Position numbers and translations under genes: made by a program. This document shows positions 35,771 to 45,634 of a DNA stretch of 62,333 nt, one piece after another. Below the pieces are notes generated by a model. That model was given only the letters and a program-made list of their open reading frames with translations. It was not told the DNA's origin and did not search any database. Source of the DNA: Bacteroidota bacterium. Lineage in GTDB: Bacteria; Bacteroidota; Ignavibacteria; UBA10030; UBA8401. The DNA lies in NCBI GenBank assembly GCA_035298825.1, contig DATGXR010000472.1, positions 1 through 62,333 of the forward strand. The letters are read 5' to 3'. How positions within the stretch are numbered: position 1 is the first letter of the stretch; every line of letters starts with the position of its first letter.

Positions 35771-37363
35771 ATGAACGAGATACAAACGCGCCGGACATTC
35801 GCCATTATTTCACATCCCGACGCCGGCAAGACAACATTGACTGAAAAATTTCTCCTGTACGGAGGAGCGGTTCAATTGGCAGGCTCGGTGACCGCGCGCA
35901 AGAACCAACGCCAGTCCACATCCGATTGGATGGAACTCGAGCGCAAGCGCGGCATCTCGATCAGTTCGACGGTGCTGCAATTCGATTACAGCGGCTACCG
36001 GGTCAATCTCTTGGACACACCCGGCCATCAGGATTTTTCCGAAGACACGTATCGCGTGCTCACGGCGGTCGATTCGGTGATCATGGTGATCGATGCGGCG
36101 AAGGGCATTGAAGCGCAGACGCGCAAGCTCTTCGATGTCTGCCGCAAACGCGGCGTTCCCATCTTCACATTCATCAATAAGTGCGATCACGAAACAAAGG
36201 ATCCGCTCGAACTGATCGACGAGCTCGAGAGCATCTTAAAGATCGGCGCGTATCCCATGAACTGGCCTGTCGGCACCGGAACCCGATTCCGTGGCGTGCT
36301 CGATCGGCGCAACAACGAAATGCATGTGTTCGAGCGGACTGTGGGCGGCATGTACCGCGCTCCGGTATCGGTAACCGGACTCGATGATCCGTCGCTTGCG
36401 CGTGAGATCGATGCGACGGTCCTGAAAACTGTGCGCGACGAGATCGAGATGCTCAACGGCGCGGGCGAAGCCTTCGACGCCAAGGCAATCCTTGCCGGAA
36501 CACAGACGCCCGTTTTTTTCGGAAGCGCAAAAAATAATTTCGGCGTGCAGCTGCTGCTCGACCACTACCTTGCGTTGTCGACCGGACCCCAGCCGCACGA
36601 AAGCTCGGCCGGGACGATCTGTCCCGAACATGATTCGTTTTCCGGATTCATCTTCAAGATTCAGGCCAATATGGATCCGCGGCACAGGGACCGTATTGCG
36701 TTCCTTCGGATCTGCTCCGGAAAATTCACGCGCGATATGGCTGCGACGCATTCGCGCACCGGCAAAAAGATTCGTTTATCGAACGCCGCAAAACTCTTCG
36801 GCCAGTCGCGCGAGACTGTCGACGAGGGCCTTCCGGGCGACATCATCGGCCTTGTCGGGCACGACGAGTTCGGTATTGGCGACACACTCTCCGAAGATCC
36901 GGCAATCGTCTTCAACGAGATTCCGCGCTTTCCTCCGGAGTGTTTCACACGGCTTCATAATCCGAATCCGGCGAACTACAAACGGCTCAGAGACGGACTC
37001 GATCAATTGCTTCAGGAAGGCGTCGTCCAATCCTTTCAGCTCAAGAATGCCGGCACGAACGCGCCCATTCTCGCTGCAGTCGGTCCGCTCCAGTTTGAAG
37101 TCGTCGCCTTCCGGCTTGAAAGCGAGTACGGGGCGTCGGCGCGTCTTGAGCCTGCGGATTGGAAATATTGCCGGTGGGTCGATCCGGCATTCGATGCGGC
37201 AGCGCTCTCGATGCTGCTGCTGCCGAGCAACTGCGTGCTTGCCGAAGATGCAGAGGAACGCACCGTGATCCTCTTTACAAATGACTGGGCATTGAATTAT
37301 TTTTCGGACAAATATCCCAAGCTGACACTGTCGGCTCAACCATTCGAAGAAGAAGACCTATGA
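35771..37363 (+). CDS. prfC: Peptide chain release factor 3
   Basis: 530 aa. RTFAIISHPDAGKTTLTEK (G1), DTPGHQDF (G3), NKCD (G4). Full-length RF3-like sequence. Confidence 0.93.
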   Translation: MNEIQTRRTFAIISHPDAGKTTLTEKFLLYGGAVQLAGSVTARKNQRQSTSDWMELERKRGISISSTVLQFDYSGYRVNLLDTPGHQDFSEDTYRVLTAVDSVIMVIDAAKGIEAQTRKLFDVCRKRGVPIFTFINKCDHETKDPLELIDELESILKIGAYPMNWPVGTGTRFRGVLDRRNNEMHVFERTVGGMYRAPVSVTGLDDPSLAREIDATVLKTVRDEIEMLNGAGEAFDAKAILAGTQTPVFFGSAKNNFGVQLLLDHYLALSTGPQPHESSAGTICPEHDSFSGFIFKIQANMDPRHRDRIAFLRICSGKFTRDMAATHSRTGKKIRLSNAAKLFGQSRETVDEGLPGDIIGLVGHDEFGIGDTLSEDPAIVFNEIPRFPPECFTRLHNPNPANYKRLRDGLDQLLQEGVVQSFQLKNAGTNAPILAAVGPLQFEVVAFRLESEYGASARLEPADWKYCRWVDPAFDAAALSMLLLPSNCVLAEDAEERTVILFTNDWALNYFSDKYPKLTLSAQPFEEEDL

Positions 37364-38580
37364 ACACAATCGCGGAACAGTATGTGAAGCTTGTGCTGGC
37401 CCTGGGGCTGCACGACGAAGACTACGTGGACGCCTATCACGGTCCGAAGGAATGGCGCGCCGACGCCGAGCGCGAACGCCGCTCGCTCGACAGGATCGAG
37501 CGTGAAGCGTTGCGCGCGCGCGAAGGCCTGATGACGATCTCCATGCCGAACGAAGAACCGGATGCGCTGCGCTACAAATATCTCGAGGCGCAACTCTCCG
37601 CGTTGATCGCCCGTACGGCCATGCTCAAGGGAACACGCTTGTCGTTCGATGAGGAATCGAAGGCGCTCTACGACGCGGTCGCACCGAGATTTTCCGAGGA
37701 GCACTTCCAGGCGATTCTCAAAGAGCTCGAGAGTCTTCTTCCGGGCGCCGGATCTCTGAACGATCGCTACCTTGCGTTCAAGAATCATTTCATCATTCAA
37801 AAAGACGATCTCGATGTCGTCTTCGGTACGGCGATCGGCGAATGCCGCGATCGCACGAAAAAGCACATCCGGCTGCCCGAACATGAAATGTTCACGGTCG
37901 AATATGTGACGAACAAGGCATGGAGCGGCTACAATTGGTTCAAGGGCGACTGCAAGAGCCTGATTCAGGTCAACACCGATCTGCCGATTTATATCGACCG
38001 GGCGATCGATCTGGCGGCGCACGAAGGCTATCCGGGCCACCACGTCTATAACTCACTGCTCGAACATTCGCTGCTCGTGAAGAAGGGATGGCAGGAATTT
38101 TCGGTCTACGCCCTGTTCAGTCCCCAGTCGCTCATCGCCGAGGGTACGGCCAATTACGGCATCGACGTGGTCTTTTCAAAAGAGGATCGCATCGCCTTCG
38201 AGCACGACATCCTGTTTAATCTTGCCAAGCTTCATGCGCAGCGCGAGGCCGCCGCGCGCTATTACAAGATCCACGAAGTTTTTTCGAAGCTCTCGTACGC
38301 CGGCAACGAGGCGGCGCGCGGATACCTGGACGGCACGATGAGCCGTGCGCAGGCGATCGAATGGCTCATGCAGTATGCGCTCATGGCCCGCGATCGCGCA
38401 GAGCAGCGGTTGAAGTTCTTCGAAAAATATCGAAGCTACGTGATCAATTACAATGTCGGTCAGGATCTGGTCAAGACGTATATCGAACAGACGCGCAATG
38501 CCGGCACGGATGTGCAGAAACGGTGGAGCGAATTCGCCGAACTCATCTCGTCGCCGCGTTTGCCGTCACAGCTTGTGTGA
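37360..38580 (+). CDS. DUF885-like protein (putative metallopeptidase-like fold)
   Basis: 406 aa. AAHEGYPGHHVYN resembles the HE-x-x-PGHH core of DUF885. ATG overlaps the prfC stop (ATGA). Family assignment is tentative. Confidence 0.55.
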   Translation: MNTIAEQYVKLVLALGLHDEDYVDAYHGPKEWRADAERERRSLDRIEREALRAREGLMTISMPNEEPDALRYKYLEAQLSALIARTAMLKGTRLSFDEESKALYDAVAPRFSEEHFQAILKELESLLPGAGSLNDRYLAFKNHFIIQKDDLDVVFGTAIGECRDRTKKHIRLPEHEMFTVEYVTNKAWSGYNWFKGDCKSLIQVNTDLPIYIDRAIDLAAHEGYPGHHVYNSLLEHSLLVKKGWQEFSVYALFSPQSLIAEGTANYGIDVVFSKEDRIAFEHDILFNLAKLHAQREAAARYYKIHEVFSKLSYAGNEAARGYLDGTMSRAQAIEWLMQYALMARDRAEQRLKFFEKYRSYVINYNVGQDLVKTYIEQTRNAGTDVQKRWSEFAELISSPRLPSQLV

Positions 38581-38605
38581 AATAAAAAAAGAAAATATAA
38601 GACGT

Positions 38606-40582
38606 ATGCTGTCACTGAATAATATCGAACTCTATTTCGGCGAGCGCCCGTTGTTTGACGGCGTCTCGTGCACAATCAATGCGCACGACCGCATTGGTCT
38701 CGTGGGATCGAACGGAGCGGGCAAGTCGACGCTCCTGAAGATCATCACAGGACTCGCCGCGGCCGATTCGGGCTCCGTCAACAAGGCGAAGTACGTCACC
38801 GTCGGGTATCTGCCGCAGGATGGCATGGCCGTCGAGGGCAAGACACTTTACAAAGAAGCCGAAACCGCGTTCGAAGATGTGTTGTTGATCGAAGCTGAAA
38901 TGGAGGAAGCTCGTCTGCGTCTCGGAGAGCTCGATCCGGCCGGCGACGAATATGCCGATACGCTCGACCTCTTTGGAGAACTGCAGCACAAGCTCGAGGA
39001 CCTCGACGCCTTCCGCATGAAATCGAAGATCGAACGCGTGCTGATGGGACTCGGATTCTCCGTGCCCGATTTCGAACGCGACACGAAGGAGTTTTCGGGC
39101 GGATGGCAGATGCGCATCGCGCTGGCGAAGCTGCTGCTGACCGAACCGTCGCTGCTGCTGCTCGACGAACCGACGAATCATTTGGATCTCGAATCGCTCC
39201 AGTGGCTTGAAGCCTACTTGCGCAATTACAACGGCGCCGTGATGCTTGTCTCGCACGATCGCGCATTCCTCGACGGCCTCACGAACAAGACGCTGGCGCT
39301 GCGCTCGGGAAGGCTCGAAGATTATGCAGGCAATTATTCGTTCTATGAAAAAGAATATGTGCTGCGCAAAGAACTGCTCGTGAACGCGCTCAAGAATCAG
39401 CAGCAGCAATTGAAGCAGACCGAGGCGTTCATCGAACGTTTCCGTTACAAGGCCACAAAAGCGCGACAGGTGCAAAGCCGCATCAAGCAAATGGACAAGA
39501 TCGAACTCATCGAGGTCGAGGACGAGGAAGCCGAAATTCATTTCACGTTTCCTGAGGCGCAGCAGCCCGGCCGCATCGTGCTCGAGCTCAGGCAGTTGGA
39601 GAAACGCTATGGGCCGCTGACCGTGTTTTCGGGCATCGATTATTCGATCGAGCGCGGCGACCGCATCGCGGTGGTCGGCGTCAACGGCGCCGGCAAATCG
39701 ACGCTTGCAAAGATCGCGGCCGGAGTCGAATCGTATGACGGCGGCACGCGCACGCTCGGATACAACGTGCAAATGTCGTACTTCGCGCAGCATCAGGCCG
39801 ACGAACTCGATCTGTCGAAGGAAGCGCTCCAGATCGTCGACGATGTGGCGGTGGGCGAGATCCGCACGCGATTGCGCACGATCCTCGGCGCGTTCCTCTT
39901 CCATGGCGACGACGTGTTCAAGAAAGTGAAAGTGTTGTCGGGCGGCGAGAAAAGCCGCCTCGCGCTGGCAAAGATGCTTTTGACGCCGGTGAATTTTCTG
40001 ATTATGGATGAGCCCACGAACCACCTCGATATGCGGTCGAAGAAAGTGTTGCAGGATGCGCTCAGCGACTATTCGGGCACGTTCCTGATCGTTTCGCATG
40101 ACCGCGCGTTTCTCGATCCGATCGTCAATAAGGTGCTCGAAGTGCGCAAAGACGGCGTCTCGGTGTATCTGGGCAACGTCACGGAATATCTCGACAAGAA
40201 AAAGAAGGAAGCCGCGCTGGTCTCCGACGCTCAGGAGGGAAAGAAAAACCGCGCCTCAGGCGGCGAGAGTTCGAAGCCCGCGATGTCAGACAAGGAACGC
40301 AAGCGGCTTGAAGCCGAACGGCGTCAGCAAATCTACGGAATGACAAAGCCGCTGAAGAAGAAACTTGAGATCGTTGAGAAAAAAATCGAGCCACTCGAGC
40401 AGCGCCAGAAGGAAGTCGAAGCGGTGATGGCGCATGCGGACTTTTTCCAGTACGCCGAGCGTGCAAAAAAGATCACGAACGAATACAAAGACATCCAGTC
40501 GACGCTCGAGAAGCTCTATCATGAATGGGAAGTCCTATCGGCGCAGATCGAAAAAATCGCCAGCACAGTCCCTTTAGTCTAA
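38606..40582 (+). CDS. ABC-F family ATPase (Uup/YheS-like, tandem ABC domains, C-terminal coiled coil)
   Basis: 658 aa from the internal ATG. Walker A GSNGAGKST and GVNGAGKST, signatures LSGGWQMR and LSGGEKSR, no TM domain, K/E-rich C-terminal helix. Confidence 0.9.
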   Translation: MLSLNNIELYFGERPLFDGVSCTINAHDRIGLVGSNGAGKSTLLKIITGLAAADSGSVNKAKYVTVGYLPQDGMAVEGKTLYKEAETAFEDVLLIEAEMEEARLRLGELDPAGDEYADTLDLFGELQHKLEDLDAFRMKSKIERVLMGLGFSVPDFERDTKEFSGGWQMRIALAKLLLTEPSLLLLDEPTNHLDLESLQWLEAYLRNYNGAVMLVSHDRAFLDGLTNKTLALRSGRLEDYAGNYSFYEKEYVLRKELLVNALKNQQQQLKQTEAFIERFRYKATKARQVQSRIKQMDKIELIEVEDEEAEIHFTFPEAQQPGRIVLELRQLEKRYGPLTVFSGIDYSIERGDRIAVVGVNGAGKSTLAKIAAGVESYDGGTRTLGYNVQMSYFAQHQADELDLSKEALQIVDDVAVGEIRTRLRTILGAFLFHGDDVFKKVKVLSGGEKSRLALAKMLLTPVNFLIMDEPTNHLDMRSKKVLQDALSDYSGTFLIVSHDRAFLDPIVNKVLEVRKDGVSVYLGNVTEYLDKKKKEAALVSDAQEGKKNRASGGESSKPAMSDKERKRLEAERRQQIYGMTKPLKKKLEIVEKKIEPLEQRQKEVEAVMAHADFFQYAERAKKITNEYKDIQSTLEKLYHEWEVLSAQIEKIASTVPLV

Positions 40583-40616
40583 ATCAAATTTTCCGACGTT
40601 CAACTCAATGCGCGTT

Positions 40617-40640
40617 GCAGGGCGAGATGCTATCTCGCCC
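40617..40640 (+). repeat. REP-like palindromic element (single copy, + orientation)
   Basis: GCAG GGCGAGAT GCT ATCTCGCCC: 9-bp perfect stem, 3-nt loop. 23/24 identical to the minus-strand copy at 59710-59733. Confidence 0.8.
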
Positions 40641-40671
40641 GACGAACAATATTTTATCAGGATCAGATTAC

Positions 40672-42198
40672 GTGAATGAACCAATAGCCCTTCCCGTGCG
40701 CGGCGACATCCTCGAACTTGAAATCGAATCATCGGGATTCGAGGGCACGAGCATCGCCAGGCATCATGGCATTGTTGTCTTCGTTGAAGGCGCAGTGGCA
40801 GGCGACCGTGTGAAGGCGCGCGTCTGGAAAACGAAGAAGAAACATGTTGAGGCGAAAGTGATCGAAGTCGTCTCGCCCTCGCTGCAGCGCACCGAGCCGA
40901 AGTGCAAACATTTCGGCGTGTGCGGAGGCTGCAAATGGCAGCATGTGAAATACGCCTCGCAGCTCGAATTCAAGCGACAGCATGTGATCGATGCGCTCGA
41001 ACGCATCGGCGGATTCAAGGACGTCCGCGTGCTTCCGACTCTCGCATCGGGCGAGGAATATTATTATCGCAACAAGCTCGAGTTTTCATTCGGCACCGAA
41101 CGCTGGATCACGCACGAGGAGAATCACAGGCTCATCGAAGCGCGTATCGAGGCTGAAAAAACCGCCGCCGCTGCCGCCGGCGCGCAAGACATCGACGCCG
41201 AAAACGCCGCTGCCGCCGATACGCGTGTAACAACAAAGACAGATGATTTCGTTGTCGGTTTTCATGCGCCGCAGCGGTACGACAAAATCATCGACATCGA
41301 CGAATGTCATCTCCAGTCGCCGCTCAGTGTCGAGATCCTTCGCGCGGTGAAGGAATTCGCGCTCGCCCGGTCGATTCCCGCCTATTCGAGCGAAACGCAG
41401 ACCGGCTATTTCCGCAATCTCGTCATTCGCGAGGGCAAACGCACGGGCGACGTGATGGTGAATGTGGTCACGTACGAGGATGATCCCGTTGTGATGCGCG
41501 AGCTCACACAGACACTTGCGACGCGCTTCCCGACAATCACGACGGTGGTCAACAACGTCACTTCGCGGAAATCGCAGGTTGCCGTGGGCGAGACAGAACA
41601 GGTGTATCTGGGCGACGGGAAGATTCGTGAACTGCTGGGAACGCACCGGTTCGAGATATCGGCGAATTCATTTTTCCAGACGAACAGTCTCCAGGCTGCG
41701 CGGCTTTATGAAGTGGCGAAGGAATATGGCGAGCTGAAACCGACCGATCTTGTCTACGATCTGTACTGCGGGGCGGGATCGATCTCCCTGTTCATTGCGG
41801 ACGCGGTGCGCCAGGTGGTGGGCATCGAACTTGTCGAAACTTCGATCACGAACGCACGGATGAATGCGGAAGCGAACGGCATCACGAACTGCGAATTCAT
41901 CGCCGGCGACCTGAAGGACCTCTTGACGAAGGATGTTGCGTGGCGCGCGCGATTTGCGAATCCTGATGTGCTCATCATCGATCCGCCGCGTTCGGGCATG
42001 CATCCCAAGGCGGTGGCGGAACTCGGCGCGATGAAGATCGAACGGATCGTCTATGTGAGCTGCAATCCCGCCACGCTTGCGCGCGACCTGCAGATGTTTG
42101 CGCCGTTCGGATATGTGATCGAACAGGTGCAGCCGGTCGATATGTTCCCGCATACATACCATATCGAATGCGTGGCGAAGCTCAGGCGCGTCGTCTGA
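40672..42198 (+). CDS. rlmD: 23S rRNA (uracil-C5)-methyltransferase RlmD/RumA family
   Basis: TRAM domain (LELEIESSGFEGTSIARHHGIVVFVEGAVAGDRV), Fe-S cysteines CKHFGVCGGCKWQH, SAM motif DLYCGAGSISL, catalytic YVSCNP. The GTG at 40672 lies downstream of the REP hairpin; the ATG at 40627 is inside the hairpin loop, so the start is uncertain. Confidence 0.85.
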   Translation: MNEPIALPVRGDILELEIESSGFEGTSIARHHGIVVFVEGAVAGDRVKARVWKTKKKHVEAKVIEVVSPSLQRTEPKCKHFGVCGGCKWQHVKYASQLEFKRQHVIDALERIGGFKDVRVLPTLASGEEYYYRNKLEFSFGTERWITHEENHRLIEARIEAEKTAAAAAGAQDIDAENAAAADTRVTTKTDDFVVGFHAPQRYDKIIDIDECHLQSPLSVEILRAVKEFALARSIPAYSSETQTGYFRNLVIREGKRTGDVMVNVVTYEDDPVVMRELTQTLATRFPTITTVVNNVTSRKSQVAVGETEQVYLGDGKIRELLGTHRFEISANSFFQTNSLQAARLYEVAKEYGELKPTDLVYDLYCGAGSISLFIADAVRQVVGIELVETSITNARMNAEANGITNCEFIAGDLKDLLTKDVAWRARFANPDVLIIDPPRSGMHPKAVAELGAMKIERIVYVSCNPATLARDLQMFAPFGYVIEQVQPVDMFPHTYHIECVAKLRRVV

Positions 42199-42204
42199 GC
42201 GCGC

Positions 42205-43125
42205 TCAGGCGAGCGTGCGATCGAAGAATGTGATGATGCGCGTTTCGTACTCGTGCTTGCCGATCTGGTGGATATCCGTGTGATTGGCATTGTCGACAAG
42301 GAAAAGTTCTTTCGGCTGATTGGCGGCCCCGTACAGTCTCTGACTGTATTCGTATTTGATGAACGTGTCGGCTTTGCCGTGGATGAACAGCAGCGGCACA
42401 CGCACGCACGGCACCGCCTTCAGGGGGGAGACGTCGTGATGACTGAATTTCGCGATGCCTTCGGCGCGCTTCATCGCCACGTTGCGCAGGAAATGCCATG
42501 GCAGCCTGAGCAGCCGTTTCTGATAATCGACCGTGATCGTGCGCAGGTTCGTGAAGCAACCTTCTGCGACCACCGCATCGATGCGCGGTTCGATGCTCGC
42601 CGCCTGTATCGCGATCGCGGCGCCCATCGACGTGCCGAAGACGCCGATTTTTTTCGACGCTTCCCCTTCTCTCCGCTCACGCTCACGGATCCAATCGATC
42701 ACAATTCCCACGTCATGCTTCTCATAATATCCGAATGTGCAGTAGCAGCCTTCGCTTTCGCCATGCGCGCGTGAGTCGTACATCACGACATGATATCCGC
42801 CATCGTGAAAGACACGCGCAAGCGGCAGCCCGCTCATCTTGTTGTCACCCACGCCGTGAAGATAGATGATCGTTCCTTTGGCGATGCCCTCGGCGCGTAT
42901 GAACCATCCGTAGAGCCTGTAGCCTTCCTTACTTGTCGTGACCGAAAACTCCTCGCTTGTGAGCTCCACGTCCATCGGTTTGACCGGCAGACTGCGGCAG
43001 GCGTAGTAATGCGCGCCGCGGCGACGTGGATTGAGCACCATCACCGGACCGATCACAAAGACCAGCGCTGTTGCGGCGATCAGAAATCCGAGCAGCGCCA
43101 GCAGGATTGCAAGGAGAGAGATCAT
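42205..43125 (-). CDS. Alpha/beta hydrolase with N-terminal membrane anchor
   Basis: 306 aa from the internal ATG (MISLLAILLALLGFLIAATALVFV). Nucleophile elbow GTSMGAA, HGKADTFI, NANHTD. ATG overlaps the upstream stop (ATGA). Confidence 0.75.
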   Translation of the reverse strand: MISLLAILLALLGFLIAATALVFVIGPVMVLNPRRRGAHYYACRSLPVKPMDVELTSEEFSVTTSKEGYRLYGWFIRAEGIAKGTIIYLHGVGDNKMSGLPLARVFHDGGYHVVMYDSRAHGESEGCYCTFGYYEKHDVGIVIDWIRERERREGEASKKIGVFGTSMGAAIAIQAASIEPRIDAVVAEGCFTNLRTITVDYQKRLLRLPWHFLRNVAMKRAEGIAKFSHHDVSPLKAVPCVRVPLLFIHGKADTFIKYEYSQRLYGAANQPKELFLVDNANHTDIHQIGKHEYETRIITFFDRTLA

Positions 43126-44276
43126 GCGTTTCCCGTTGCACGACGACGCGCCAGCACGTCGCGTAGCGCGCCGATATCGTCCAGTGTGTTGTAAAAATGC
43201 GGCGCGACGCGCAGCATCCGTTCGCGCATCGAGACCATCACGCGCGCCCGGGTCAGTTCGGCGAATGCCTCTTCGGTCTCCGGGCACGTGAATGAGACGA
43301 TACCGGCGCGCTTCTCGTGTTCCCTCGGAGTGACACAGTCGAAACCGAACTCATCGCAGATGCCGATGAGCGCGTTGGTGAGGCCGCGCAGATGAACTTC
43401 GATCCGGTCAATGCCCACCTCGAGCAGTGTCGAGGTCGATTCCTCAAGCGCCGCAATGGCGCAATAATTCTGCGTGCCGTTCTCGTAGCGCCTGGCGCTC
43501 GGATCGGGATCCATCCGATATGTGAAAAAGTCGCCGAAGAAATTCCTGTTGCTCGTCCATCCGATATGCGCCTGCGTGATGCGCGCCTGCAGTTCCTCCG
43601 TCAGATACATGAAGCCGAGGCCCATCATGCCCATGAGCCATTTGTTGCCGCCGTTCGAAAGAAAATCGATCTGCGCCTCTGCAACGTCGAGCGGTGAGGC
43701 GCCCAGGCCCTGAATGCTGTCGACGCAGAAAATGATCTTATGTTTTTTGCACAAGCTGCCGATAGTACGGAGGTCGGCTTTGAAGCCGCTTAAAAATTGG
43801 ACGAAGCTGATCGAAAGCAGGCGCGTGCGCGGCGTGATCATGCGCTCGATATCCTCCGTGCGGATTTCACCACGTACGCTTCGAACAAAGTCGATCTCGA
43901 CCCCGAATCGTTTGCAGTTGAGAAACGGCACGACGTTCGTGGGAAATTCGATGTCGTTCAAGAGGATCCTGTCGCCGGCTTTCCAGTCGATGCCGTTGGC
44001 GAGGATGTTCAGTCCCTCGCTCGTGTTCGCCACGAATCCGATCCTCTGCGGCGCGGCGTTGATGAGGCGGCCGAGATTCTGCTTCGTCCGCTCGACGGAG
44101 CGCTGCGCGGAAGGATAAACGTCGATATCGCCAGTCATTCGCCCGCGCATGTATGTCTCTACCGCTGCATGCACACGTGAGGAAATGGGACTGATCGAGG
44201 CGTGATTGAGCCAGGTCGTGTTTGTCTCAAGGACCGGGAACCACGACCGGTATCGTGGAAGATCGTATGACGGCAT
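43122..44276 (-). CDS. Class-V (fold type I) PLP-dependent aminotransferase / cysteine-desulfurase-like enzyme
   Basis: About 384 aa. TWLNHASISP, SFVQFLSG, DSIQGLG, PLP-Lys region SNGGNKWLMG, C-terminal RVAPHFYNTLDDI. Start at 44276 or 44309. Confidence 0.8.
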   Translation of the reverse strand: MPSYDLPRYRSWFPVLETNTTWLNHASISPISSRVHAAVETYMRGRMTGDIDVYPSAQRSVERTKQNLGRLINAAPQRIGFVANTSEGLNILANGIDWKAGDRILLNDIEFPTNVVPFLNCKRFGVEIDFVRSVRGEIRTEDIERMITPRTRLLSISFVQFLSGFKADLRTIGSLCKKHKIIFCVDSIQGLGASPLDVAEAQIDFLSNGGNKWLMGMMGLGFMYLTEELQARITQAHIGWTSNRNFFGDFFTYRMDPDPSARRYENGTQNYCAIAALEESTSTLLEVGIDRIEVHLRGLTNALIGICDEFGFDCVTPREHEKRAGIVSFTCPETEEAFAELTRARVMVSMRERMLRVAPHFYNTLDDIGALRDVLARRRATGNA

Positions 44277-44461
44277 AAAAAAAAATAAACGCGCGATAAG
44301 CCGCATCATTCAGGCGATGCGTTGCGAAGCGCTCTGCAACGCGTTGCACAGGATGATCGGGATTGAATATGGATGAAATCATTGATCGTACAGTAATATA
44401 AAGAGCGCCAAAGATGGATGCAAGAGTTTGAAGCGTTGGACAATCTTCGTATATTGCACAA

Positions 44462-45577
44462 ATGAATACTACACCTCGGATCGCTCTTGTGCACGACTGG
44501 CTGACGGGGATGCGGGGAGGCGAAAAATGCCTCGAGGTCCTGTGCGAATTGTTTCCCGATGCGCCGATTTATACGCTGCTCCATGTGAAAGGAACCATGT
44601 CGCCGGCGATCGAATCGCGCGACATCCGCACGTCGTTTATCCAGCATCTTCCGGCAGTCGCAACGAAATACCGTTCCTATCTTCCGTTGTTTCCTATGGC
44701 GATCGGCTCGCTCGATTTCTCGGCGTTCGATGTCGTCATCTCGACAAGCCACTGTGTGGCTAAGGGCGCTCGCGTGAGACCCGGCGGCTTGCACATCTGC
44801 TATTGCCACACGCCGATGCGCTATGTGTGGGAGATGTACGATGAATATTTCGGCAAAGGCAAAGCGGGCGTCCTGACGCGGACGGCCATGGCTGCTGCGG
44901 CGCCAGGGCTTCGTGCCTGGGATGTGAGGACAGCTTCGCTCGTCCACTATTATATTGCGAATTCGGAGAACGTGCGCAAGCGCATCCAGTTGCATTACCG
45001 CACGGACGCCGCGGTAATCTTTCCGCCTGTTGATACGGAGCGGTTTTCTGTTTCGAACGCCGGCGGATCCTATGCGCTCGTTGTCAGCGCGCTCGTGCCG
45101 TACAAGAAAGTGGATCTTGCGATCGAAACCTTTAATCGTCTCGGCACACGGCTGCTGATTGTCGGCAAGGGGCCCGAGGAAGAGCGCCTGAAGTCCATCG
45201 CCAACGCGAATGTGGAGTTCCTGGGATGGCGAAGCGACGAGGAACTCACAGGTCTCTATGCCGGATGCAGTGAATTGATCTTCCCGGGCGAGGAAGATTT
45301 CGGCATCGTGCCGCTCGAGGCCATGGCCTGCGGAAAACCCGTCGTGGCCTATGGAAAAGGCGGGGCGCTTGAAACGGTGGTTGAAGGGATTACCGGCACA
45401 TTTTTTTATTCGCATACGGTCGAGGCGCTCACCGAAGCCATTGCGCGCGTCGCATCCTGCGCGGCGTCGCCCGATCGAATCCGCAAGCGGGCGCTTGAAT
45501 TCTCGCGCGAGCGCTATAAAAAGGAGATGCATGAGTTTATCGAGCGTAAAATTTTGATGTTTGATTTTAAATTTTGA
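44462..45577 (+). CDS. Glycosyltransferase family 4 (GT-B)
   Basis: 371 aa. IALVHDWLTGMRGGEKCLEVL N-terminus. EX7E region EDFGIVPLEAMACGKPVV. Confidence 0.85.
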   Translation: MNTTPRIALVHDWLTGMRGGEKCLEVLCELFPDAPIYTLLHVKGTMSPAIESRDIRTSFIQHLPAVATKYRSYLPLFPMAIGSLDFSAFDVVISTSHCVAKGARVRPGGLHICYCHTPMRYVWEMYDEYFGKGKAGVLTRTAMAAAAPGLRAWDVRTASLVHYYIANSENVRKRIQLHYRTDAAVIFPPVDTERFSVSNAGGSYALVVSALVPYKKVDLAIETFNRLGTRLLIVGKGPEEERLKSIANANVEFLGWRSDEELTGLYAGCSELIFPGEEDFGIVPLEAMACGKPVVAYGKGGALETVVEGITGTFFYSHTVEALTEAIARVASCAASPDRIRKRALEFSRERYKKEMHEFIERKILMFDFKF

Positions 45578-45634
45578 TTGTTCTATATTATTTTTTATTT
45601 CCATTCAAGGCTATTTTTTTAAAAAGCGGCATGT

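Noticed and set aside
42195-42208. 14-bp perfect palindrome CTGAGCGCGCTCAG embedding both convergent stop codons (rlmD / hydrolase). A second 14-bp palindrome, TGCAACGCGTTGCA, lies at 44334-44347.
   Set aside because: Several perfect 14-bp palindromes are expected by chance in 62 kb, roughly length/4^7. The loop would be too small for a stable hairpin. Nothing else supports a function.
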